Shown: positions 9,853 through 18,046 of the stretch, one piece after another
How the letters are laid out: each line of letters starts with the position of its first letter
Position numbering within the stretch: the stretch's first letter is position 1
DNA from: Candidatus Latescibacterota bacterium
Lineage (GTDB): Bacteria > Latescibacterota > UBA2968 > UBA8231
Length of the DNA stretch: 64,000 nucleotides
NCBI GenBank assembly: GCA_965206595.1
Contig: OZ242214.1
Location: 128,001-192,000, forward strand
Reading direction: 5' to 3'
Translations under genes and position numbers: made by a program
Notes under the pieces: generated by a model
Seen by the model: the letters and a program-made list of their open reading frames with translations, nothing else
The model's database searches: none
Told to the model about the DNA's origin: nothing

Positions 9853-12800
9853 GTGATCTTCAACCGCACCCCGTGGGTCGGGATTGCGCTCCTCCTCTCG
9901 GTCGCGGCGCTGGCTGTGGCCGCCGGAGCGCAGACCCCCTGGGCACCAGTGGGTCCGCCCGAGGCCGGTGCTCTCCAGGTTTCCGCGGAGTTCGACCGGC
10001 AGCTGACACGGGCCCGCGCCGTGCTGGCGAATTCCTGGACTGCGACTGTCGAAATGGTCGGGAAGACTTCCAACAGCGTGCGCCTGGTGTACGAGGCCGG
10101 ACCGGCAACACCGCCCGGCCCTGCTTCCGTAGAGCCGGTCGCCTTCGATCACCTCCGTGACCTCCACCGCAGCTGCACCGTAGGGATTCCCCCGGACAGT
10201 GAAGTCGAGATGGAGGTCGTCGATGCCCGCGTCGCCGCCCGAGTGCACGGTCCGGAGGCTGGCGAGCTGTTCGCGGGCACGGCGCAGGGACCGGTGGAGC
10301 TCGGGGAACGCGGTCTCCTGCGCAGGCAGGAAGTGGTGGCTCTCGGGTTCGGGCCGCGGCTGGACGGGGAGGAACTCACCGTGTTCGACCGCATCGAGGT
10401 CGAACTGCGCTTTTCATCGAACTTGACGTCCAACCGGCGTTTTCGGGCTGACAAGTGGGGGGAGATGCTGTATCGCAATACCCTGGTCAACTACGAGCAG
10501 GCGAGATCCTGGCGTCTTCCTGCCATGGGACCGGCGGCAGGAAAGATGGCCGATGGGTCCGCCCTGAGTGGCGAGGTGCTGAGGATAACGGTCCGCAAAA
10601 ACGGCCTATACAAGGTTACCGGGGGCGATCTGGCCGACGCGGGCATCCCCCTCGAGACAATCGACCCGGAGCATCTACGCATGCTCTACGGAGGAGGCAG
10701 GGTTCTCGGTCTCCAGCGCGCGGTCATTCAAGGTCTCCGCGTCCGTGATATACCGGTCCTGGTAGAAGACGGCGGCGACGGTCGCTTCGACGCCGGCGAT
10801 TTCCTCCTCTTCTACGGCGAGGCGACTGAACGCTGGGACTACCACCGCGGGGATGACCGCTATTTCTGGCGGGCGAACCCCTTCACCGAGGAGAACGCCT
10901 ACTTCCTCGATGCCGGCGCCGAAGTGCAGGGACGCAGGATGCGTCAACGCAGCGGGTCCCGCGATCACGGTTCGCCTCGCCCTGTCGACAGCTACCGCGA
11001 GCGGCTCCATCTCGAGGACGATCGCCTGATCCGGAACCAGTCGTTCGGCATCAAGTCGGGTTACGACTGGTACTGGGAGGACTTCGGGGGGAACGCGCGC
11101 AACTTTTCCGCCATCGTGCGCGACGCAGTTCCCGGAATTCCCGTCGATATCCGGGTCCGCTTCTGGGGCTCGAGAAGAAAGATCCACAGGTTCGATCTGT
11201 ACTGGAACGAAGAGCTGGTGGGGAAGGTCTCGATGGATAGCATGTCCGTTGCCACCCTCGAGGCGCAGGCTCCGCAGGGCGCGAAGGAGGGCCTGAACCA
11301 GCTCGGGGTTTTCCACCGCGACAACAAGGCGACGCGGCTGGACTGGATCGAGCTCGAATTCGATCGCCGGCTGTCGGCCGAGGGCGGGGAGCTGGCCTTC
11401 TCCTGGCCTCCCTCGGCGATGCCCGGGGAGGGGGAAGAGGTAACGGCGGAGTTCGTGCTGACCGGGTTCGCCGAAGAGGGGAAACCGCGGATCTTCGAGA
11501 TCTCGGATGTTGACGTGGCGAGTGAAATCGTCGGCTTCGACTACGACGAGACCACCGGAACCGCGGTCTTTCAGGACCGCTTCGACGGGGAGGGGCTTCC
11601 TCCGCGATACATCGCCAGCGTCCCGTCCCGCTGGAGGCTGCCCGCAAAAATGGAGCTCGATACCCCGAGCCGGCTGCGCACCCCGGACAACGGCGCCGAG
11701 TACGTCGTGCTCACCCATGCCGATTTCCGCGCAGCTGCGGACCGTCTGGCGGCGTGGCGCGCCGCCGGCGACCGGTTCGGACCGATGCGGACACTCTCCG
11801 TCGACGTCCAGGACGTGTACGACGAGTTCTCGGGGGGGCTCCTCGACCCGATGGCGATCCGGTCGTTCGTCAACTACGCCGTAGACAACTGGGATCCCGC
11901 CCCCTACTTCGTCTGCCTGATCGGTGACGGCACCTACGATTACAAGAACAACACCGGCACCAGTCGCCCGAACTGGATGCCGGCGTACCAGGAAGGCATC
12001 AGCATGTTCGATGAATGGTACGTGCGCGTAGAGGGAGAGGACCGGATTCCCGACCTGGCGATCGGCAGATTGGCGGTGCAGACGGCGGCCGAGGCCGAGG
12101 GGGTGGTCGACAAGCTGATCGCCTACGACTCGGACCCAGAGGTCGGACCCTGGCAGAGTCGCGTGCTGCTGGTGGCGGACGACCTGCGCCATCCTTCGAA
12201 ACTGAACTTGAGGGAATCCTATTTCATTGTCGACGCCGAAAACCTGGCGCGTCGCCAGCTCCCCACCGACTTCGATCTCGTCAAGCTCTACCTCGCCCAG
12301 TTTCCGCTCGAGGGGAGCACCAAGCCGCAGGCCAGGGAAGCATTCCTGCGCCGTTTCAACGAGGGGGCGCTGATCGTCACCTACATCGGGCACGGGAGCT
12401 ACAACGTGCTCGCCCACGAGAGTATGTTCCTTCTCTCCAGGGACGCCGACCGCATCGACAACGGCAGAAGGCTGCCGTTTATGTACACGGCCGCGAGCCA
12501 GGTGGGGGTGTTCGACCTACCGGACCAGCAGTCGATCCCCGAGATCCTGATGAACCGTCCCGATGGCGGGGTAATCGGGTTCATCTCGGCGGCCCGGGTT
12601 GGCTACCATACCAGCAACATGTACCTGGCCCGTGAATTTCACCGGCTGATGTACCGGTCGGAGGAAGACCACATGCCCCTGGGACTGGCGCTGACGATTG
12701 CCAAGCAGAACGTGACGGGTAGCAGGACAGACCGCACCAACATGCAGCGATACTGTCTGATCGGCGACCCGGCCATGCGCCTCGCCAGACCGCGGTACAC

Positions 12801-13791
12801 CGTCGCCATCGAAGTGCCGGATTCGATTCGGGCGCTCGAGGAGATTCCGATCGCCGGCCGCATCCTCGACGCCGAGCGCCGGGCGGCGGAGGACTTCACC
12901 GGAACCGCCCTCGTGCAGGCGTTCGACTCCAGTACGAAGAGCAAGTTGGATAGTATCACCTACAACCGCCCCGGGGCTCCGATTTTCCGCTGTCTGGTAC
13001 CGGTCGCCGCCGGCCGCTTCGAGACCGCCTTCCGGGTGCCCAAGGACCTCAGCTACAAGGAAGACAACGGCCGGGTCAGTGCCTATGTTTGGAGCGACGA
13101 TGCCCCGGCCGCTTTCGGGGCCGTCGACAGTCTGGTGATCGCCGGAACGGCGCCCGGTATCGTCGCCGACCAGACCGGCCCCGAGATCGCGATCCGATTC
13201 AAGGGGCAGGATAGTTTCAGCAGCGGTGACTTCATTTCCAGCGAAGCGGTCCTCGAGGCTGTGATCAGCGATCCGAACGGCATCAACATAACCGGAGAAA
13301 CCGGGCACGAAATGGAGTTCCGGGTGGATGACCGCCTCTTCATCGTCACCGAGTCCTTCTACAATACAGGGGACTACCGCAGCGGCCTGCTCGAATTCCC
13401 GCTTCCCGCCATGGAACCGGGTACCCACACCTTGCGTCTCAAGGCCTGGGACACGTTCAACAATTCGTCCCAGGTCGAGGCGGAAGTGCGCTTCTCCGAG
13501 GGGGACGACGGGGGGCTCTCCCGGCTGCTGTTCCACCCCAACCCCATGCGGCACGGGGGCGATTTCACATACACTCTCGAAATCGCTGCGGAGTCCGTCC
13601 ATATCAGGGTGTTCACGCTCGCCGGAAAGCTCGTCGACGAGCTCTCCGGCACGGGGCATGCCGACTTCAACCAGGTCGCCTGGACCCCGCCGAGGGAGCT
13701 CGCCAACGGCACCTACCTGTACCAGGTCGAGGTCGAGCGCGCAGATGGACTGCGCCTCGAAAAGAAGGCGGCCATCCAGGTGATGAAATGA
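9853..13791 (+). CDS. porU: Type IX secretion sortase PorU (C25/gingipain fold) with C-terminal sorting domain; Ser at the catalytic Cys position
   Basis: Signal peptide; YDEFSGG..DPMAIR; IGDGTYD; AIGRL; YIGHG; LIGDPA; LKAWDTFNN; HPNP...ANGTYLY CTD; directly upstream of porV. Confidence 0.88.
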   Translation: MIFNRTPWVGIALLLSVAALAVAAGAQTPWAPVGPPEAGALQVSAEFDRQLTRARAVLANSWTATVEMVGKTSNSVRLVYEAGPATPPGPASVEPVAFDHLRDLHRSCTVGIPPDSEVEMEVVDARVAARVHGPEAGELFAGTAQGPVELGERGLLRRQEVVALGFGPRLDGEELTVFDRIEVELRFSSNLTSNRRFRADKWGEMLYRNTLVNYEQARSWRLPAMGPAAGKMADGSALSGEVLRITVRKNGLYKVTGGDLADAGIPLETIDPEHLRMLYGGGRVLGLQRAVIQGLRVRDIPVLVEDGGDGRFDAGDFLLFYGEATERWDYHRGDDRYFWRANPFTEENAYFLDAGAEVQGRRMRQRSGSRDHGSPRPVDSYRERLHLEDDRLIRNQSFGIKSGYDWYWEDFGGNARNFSAIVRDAVPGIPVDIRVRFWGSRRKIHRFDLYWNEELVGKVSMDSMSVATLEAQAPQGAKEGLNQLGVFHRDNKATRLDWIELEFDRRLSAEGGELAFSWPPSAMPGEGEEVTAEFVLTGFAEEGKPRIFEISDVDVASEIVGFDYDETTGTAVFQDRFDGEGLPPRYIASVPSRWRLPAKMELDTPSRLRTPDNGAEYVVLTHADFRAAADRLAAWRAAGDRFGPMRTLSVDVQDVYDEFSGGLLDPMAIRSFVNYAVDNWDPAPYFVCLIGDGTYDYKNNTGTSRPNWMPAYQEGISMFDEWYVRVEGEDRIPDLAIGRLAVQTAAEAEGVVDKLIAYDSDPEVGPWQSRVLLVADDLRHPSKLNLRESYFIVDAENLARRQLPTDFDLVKLYLAQFPLEGSTKPQAREAFLRRFNEGALIVTYIGHGSYNVLAHESMFLLSRDADRIDNGRRLPFMYTAASQVGVFDLPDQQSIPEILMNRPDGGVIGFISAARVGYHTSNMYLAREFHRLMYRSEEDHMPLGLALTIAKQNVTGSRTDRTNMQRYCLIGDPAMRLARPRYTVAIEVPDSIRALEEIPIAGRILDAERRAAEDFTGTALVQAFDSSTKSKLDSITYNRPGAPIFRCLVPVAAGRFETAFRVPKDLSYKEDNGRVSAYVWSDDAPAAFGAVDSLVIAGTAPGIVADQTGPEIAIRFKGQDSFSSGDFISSEAVLEAVISDPNGINITGETGHEMEFRVDDRLFIVTESFYNTGDYRSGLLEFPLPAMEPGTHTLRLKAWDTFNNSSQVEAEVRFSEGDDGGLSRLLFHPNPMRHGGDFTYTLEIAAESVHIRVFTLAGKLVDELSGTGHADFNQVAWTPPRELANGTYLYQVEVERADGLRLEKKAAIQVMK

Positions 13792-13955
13792 CCGCCTTGC
13801 CGGGCAGGAAGCCGGGAGGCACGGCAACCGGAGTGGAAGGGAGCCTGGAATCCGCCCAGCCGCGGGCTGCAGGCAACGAATGCCGCATCGCAGTCGCCGG
13901 TCCGAAATGAAGCGGCAGCAGATTCTCGAAGTGAAACCTCAGGAGGTATCGACAA

Positions 13956-15005
13956 GTGCTTGACAAACTCAGCGCCTGGTGCGTGACCGCCGCCCTGCTC
14001 GCCGCGGCCGCCGGGCCTGCCTCGGCAACCTCGGAGAGCCGCGCCACCGTCATTTTCCTTTTGATCAAACCGGATGCGCGCTCTATCGCCATGGGGGAGT
14101 CGTACGTCGCCGTCGCCGACAATGCCAGCTACTTCAACCCGGCCTCGCTCGCGGGGCAGACCGAGCGCAAGCTCCACCTGACCCATGCGAAGTGGCTTCC
14201 CGGTCTGGCCGACGACATGTCGTACGAGTATGTCGCCTACTCGCAACCGGTCGAGGGATGGGGAAACGTCGGTCTCAACGGAGTCTGGATGAACCTCGGT
14301 GAGCAAGCGTATACCGGCGAAAGGGGCGAGGTGCTCGACACCTTCTCGAGCAACGAGTTCGCGATCAGCGTCGCCTACGGCGCCGATGTCGCCGAAAACA
14401 TGAAGGCAGGCGTCGGCCTGAAGTTCATCCACAGCCGCCTCTCCCCCGAGTACGGTGCGGGCATCGAGCAAGGCGAGGGGGTCGGAAGCAGCTTTGCCGC
14501 CGACCTCGGTATCCTGTGGGACCTGACACCTGCGCTTACATTCGGCTCGGCGCTTCGCTACCTCGGTCCGAAGATGGCCTACATCGACCCCAGCCAGGCC
14601 GATCCCCTTCCGCAGCATGTCGTCGCCGGTTTCGCGTACGAGCTCCTCGACGCCGAGTACCACGACGTCCTGCTCGTATTCGATCTCTACAAGCCCCTGA
14701 TCGCCGAGGGCTCGTTCATCGGCAACCTGGTGAAGGCGTGGGCGGACGAGAGCATGGCGAACGAGTTCAAGGAGATGGACGTTCACGTCGGCGGGGAGTA
14801 CCGGTACGGCCTGTCGGCCCAGCAGGACCAGTCGTTTCTGGCGCTGCGGGCAGGATACAGGTGGGACCACGACGGCGAGCTGAAATTCCCCACGTTCGGG
14901 ATGGGTCTGAAATACAACATGTTCCAGGTCGACGTGGCATACGTAACGGGTACCGGCACCCCGATGGAGGACAACACCCGTTTCTCCCTGAACCTGACGT
15001 TCTGA
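13956..15005 (+). CDS. porV: PorV-family outer-membrane beta-barrel (T9SS shuttle)
   Basis: FLLIKPDARSIAMGE, FNPASL, KWLPGL, C-terminal Phe; follows porU; AGGAGG RBS. Confidence 0.85.
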   Translation: MLDKLSAWCVTAALLAAAAGPASATSESRATVIFLLIKPDARSIAMGESYVAVADNASYFNPASLAGQTERKLHLTHAKWLPGLADDMSYEYVAYSQPVEGWGNVGLNGVWMNLGEQAYTGERGEVLDTFSSNEFAISVAYGADVAENMKAGVGLKFIHSRLSPEYGAGIEQGEGVGSSFAADLGILWDLTPALTFGSALRYLGPKMAYIDPSQADPLPQHVVAGFAYELLDAEYHDVLLVFDLYKPLIAEGSFIGNLVKAWADESMANEFKEMDVHVGGEYRYGLSAQQDQSFLALRAGYRWDHDGELKFPTFGMGLKYNMFQVDVAYVTGTGTPMEDNTRFSLNLTF

Positions 15006-18000
15006 GGAGGCTCCGGGGACATTGGGGCGGACGCGCGTCCGCCCTGGCGGCTGCCCTTCTCCTCGCGGCGGGGGCCGGGGGACAGGAGGCCGGGACGTGG
15101 CGCGTTCTGGCGGTCCGGGTCGACTTCCCGCTCGAGGAGCCTGACGAGCCTTCGACTTCAGGCAGGGGGAAATTCGACCTCCGCACAAGCGCAGAAGCTC
15201 TCACTGACTACACCTTTCCCTACGATCTTCCACCTCACGACCGCCTCTATTTCGAGCGCCATCTCGACGCTCTCGGCCGCTACTACCGGACCGTTTCGGA
15301 GGGCCGCGTCGACATCGACTACGAAGTTTTCCCTACCGGTCTGAACGACGCTTACACCTTGCCGGAGCCGGCATTGCAGTACGGCATCGGCCGCTCGCCG
15401 CAGGAGATAACCGAAAAGTGGGTACGGTTGGTGCGCGACGCGGTCGAGCTTGCCCAGGCGGATGCCGGGGGTCCCGATTTTCCCCGGTTCGACAGCTACC
15501 TGTTTGCGCACGCCGGGGCCGGGCACGAGACCGGCCAGCTGAACGACATCCGCTCGGTGTTTCTGTCCGCGGACGACTTCGAGGGGAGTGCTGCGGGAGG
15601 TCCGATTCTCGCGGACGGCGTCGAGATCCGCGAGGCGTGGATCCTCCCCGAGGCGGTCGAAGGCAGCGACCGCGCCGGCGCCGGGCTCAACGGCCTGATG
15701 GCGAAGTTCTTCGGCCACCAGCTCGGGCTCCCCGGGCTGTCGAACTTCGCCGCCGGTCTGCCTGGGACCGGCGGCTGGAGCCTGATGGACGGCGGTCCCA
15801 ACCGGGTCGGCTTCCTGCTTCAGGGAGGTCAGTTGCAGACACTGTTCGGGTTCGTGCCCCCCCACCCGATCGCCTGGAGCAAGGCCCGCCTGGGCTGGAT
15901 CGAACCGCTCGCCGTGCGGCGGGATACCGCGGTCGCGGTGGCGGTGACGGACCGCACGGTTGCGCCGGGACAGCACAAGGCGGTGCGGGTGCCGATCTCG
16001 GCGACGGAGTATTTCCTGATCGAGAATCGCCAGCGGCGCGGCAACGCGGCGCTGCCCGAGGGGGTCGAGCCGCCGTTTGCGGGGATCGACGTAACCTGGA
16101 TCGAACCCGACGAGGTGGAATTTTCCGGGTCCGGGGACCCCGGCAGCGATCCGGATGCCGCACCCGAGACCGGGGTCTGGCTCGGGGTCGAGGAGTACGA
16201 CGCTTTCGTTCCCGGTTCCGGGATCCTGATCTGGCACGTCGACGAGGCCGTCATCGCGGCCGGGGAAGCGGAGGGAGGAATCAACAACGATCGCATCAAC
16301 CCCGGAATCGCGCTGGAGGAGGCGGACGGCGAGCGCGACATCGGCAACGCCTTTTTCGATCGCCAGGATGTCACCGAGGGCAGCCCTGCCGATCCCTTCT
16401 TCGCCGGGGAAGGGCGCGGAGGCATCCTTTCGAAGACTCTGTTCGGGCCCGGCACGACGCCGAGCACCGCGACCAACACCGGGGTTGCCAGCGGCATTCG
16501 CATCGAAGTGCTCTCCACCCTCGCCGACGTGATGACGGTCGGCATTCGCTTCAACGGCCCCCTGCCGGGCTGGCCGGCCAGCCTGCCGGCGGGGTCGCGG
16601 CTGCAGGCGGTCGATCTCGACGGCGACGGGGCCGCGGAGCTGCTGGCGGCAAACCACAGCGGCATTCACCTGTTCGCCAGCGGCCGGGCAACCGTCTCCG
16701 CTTCCTTTTCCGGAACGTACCTCGCCGCGGCTGCGGGGGGACCGGCAGAACCCGGCATGATTTTCGTGGCCTCGGGACGGGACGTCGCCGCCTACCTCCC
16801 GGATGGGGACGCGCCGGAGTGGTCGGCGAGCCTTGCCGGGGAGGCGGTAGTCGGACTCCGCGGCCGCCCGGGAGACTTGGCGCAGGAAGCGGCCCTCGCC
16901 GTGGCCACCGCCTCGAGAATCGAGCTTCTGAGCGCCGGCACCGGCGAGGTGCTGGCCGCTTTCGACCTTCCCGGAACCATCGCCCTCGGTCTGCTGCCGG
17001 ACGCCGGGGGGGAGAGGTCGCAGCTGCTGGTCACCACGGCAGACGCGGTCGCGGCCCTGGGGCCTGACGGCCTCCGGTGGCTCTGGGAACATCCCGGCGA
17101 AGGTCCGCTCTTGCCGGGCATCGCCGGAGACCTGGGCGGCGGCCGCGGCAGCGAGATCGTCTCCGTCTCCACCGACGGCACCGTTTCCGTCCTGAACGCG
17201 GAAGGGGAGGTTCTCTGGCAGGTGATGCTGCCGGAGAGTGCCGCCGCCCCTGCCGCCCTCGGGGACGTAGACGGCGACGGTTCCCTGGAGATTGCCGTGG
17301 CCACCGCTGCCGCGGTCGATCTGCTGCGGGAGAACGGCCACCGGATGTCGTCGTTTCCGGTGGAGTTCCGGAGACACCGGCAGCTCGGAGCGACCGCGGG
17401 CGAGCCGCTCCTGGCCGATCTCGACGGCGACGGCAGGCAGGAGATCCTCGTGGCGGCCAGCGCCGGTGCGATCGCCGGCATCGACGACGACGGCAGTCAA
17501 CTCGGCGGCTTTCCGGTTCTGACCGCGGCGGCGGTCAGCTCGACGCCGGTAGCCGCGGACCTCGACGGCGACGGGGAACTGGAGGTCGCCGTCCTGGCAG
17601 GAGACTTCGCCTACGCCTGGGATCCGCAGCGCCTGTCTCCGGGGCTGGGCGGGAGCGGAGTCGCCGCCTGGGGCCAGGGCGGGGCGGACGCAGAGGGGAG
17701 CCGCGCCCACCGCGGGGAACGCGTCCCGGCCCCGCCGCGAGTTGCCCTGCTGCCGGCCGACAGGGCGTACTGTTACCCCAATCCCGTCGGCCCGCGGCAG
17801 CGCGCCCACCTGCGCTACTACCTGAGCGGTGCGGCCGACATCGAGCTCGAGGTGTTCGACGCCATCGGAAGGCGGGTCGAGAGGCGCCGGTGGAGCGCCG
17901 GCTCGCCGCAGTCGGAGGCCGGGGAGAACGAGATCACCTGGGCGACCGGCGACTACGACAGCGGGCTCTACCTCTGCCGGCTCGAGGCGAGCGGCACCGA

Positions 18001-18046
18001 CGGCAGCCGCGGCCACGTCATCGTGCGCATGGCGGTCGCCCGATGA
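15002..18046 (+). CDS. Immune inhibitor A (M6)-like domain with degenerate zinc motif + FG-GAP/VCBS repeats + T9SS CTD; probable CTG start
   Basis: VLAVRVDF, HAGAGHE, KFFGHQLGLPG, WSLMD, WSKARLGWI, EYFLIENR, GILIWHVDE; several DLDGDG repeats; YPNP CTD. A signal-like sequence begins at CTG 15002. The product call is firmer than the start position. Confidence 0.8.
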   Translation: MRRLRGHWGGRASALAAALLLAAGAGGQEAGTWRVLAVRVDFPLEEPDEPSTSGRGKFDLRTSAEALTDYTFPYDLPPHDRLYFERHLDALGRYYRTVSEGRVDIDYEVFPTGLNDAYTLPEPALQYGIGRSPQEITEKWVRLVRDAVELAQADAGGPDFPRFDSYLFAHAGAGHETGQLNDIRSVFLSADDFEGSAAGGPILADGVEIREAWILPEAVEGSDRAGAGLNGLMAKFFGHQLGLPGLSNFAAGLPGTGGWSLMDGGPNRVGFLLQGGQLQTLFGFVPPHPIAWSKARLGWIEPLAVRRDTAVAVAVTDRTVAPGQHKAVRVPISATEYFLIENRQRRGNAALPEGVEPPFAGIDVTWIEPDEVEFSGSGDPGSDPDAAPETGVWLGVEEYDAFVPGSGILIWHVDEAVIAAGEAEGGINNDRINPGIALEEADGERDIGNAFFDRQDVTEGSPADPFFAGEGRGGILSKTLFGPGTTPSTATNTGVASGIRIEVLSTLADVMTVGIRFNGPLPGWPASLPAGSRLQAVDLDGDGAAELLAANHSGIHLFASGRATVSASFSGTYLAAAAGGPAEPGMIFVASGRDVAAYLPDGDAPEWSASLAGEAVVGLRGRPGDLAQEAALAVATASRIELLSAGTGEVLAAFDLPGTIALGLLPDAGGERSQLLVTTADAVAALGPDGLRWLWEHPGEGPLLPGIAGDLGGGRGSEIVSVSTDGTVSVLNAEGEVLWQVMLPESAAAPAALGDVDGDGSLEIAVATAAAVDLLRENGHRMSSFPVEFRRHRQLGATAGEPLLADLDGDGRQEILVAASAGAIAGIDDDGSQLGGFPVLTAAAVSSTPVAADLDGDGELEVAVLAGDFAYAWDPQRLSPGLGGSGVAAWGQGGADAEGSRAHRGERVPAPPRVALLPADRAYCYPNPVGPRQRAHLRYYLSGAADIELEVFDAIGRRVERRRWSAGSPQSEAGENEITWATGDYDSGLYLCRLEASGTDGSRGHVIVRMAVAR

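Noticed and set aside
14516-15001. N-terminal extension of the M6-like ORF overlapping porV
   Set aside because: Arg/Pro/Gly-rich off-frame translation of porV; the signal-peptide-like sequence only begins at ~15002.
15158-18016. Long antisense or alternative-frame ORFs (e.g. 952 aa here, 745 aa at 42233-44470, 604 aa at 19747-21561)
   Set aside because: These are shadow ORFs expected from high-GC codon bias opposite well-supported genes; they have no recognisable motifs.
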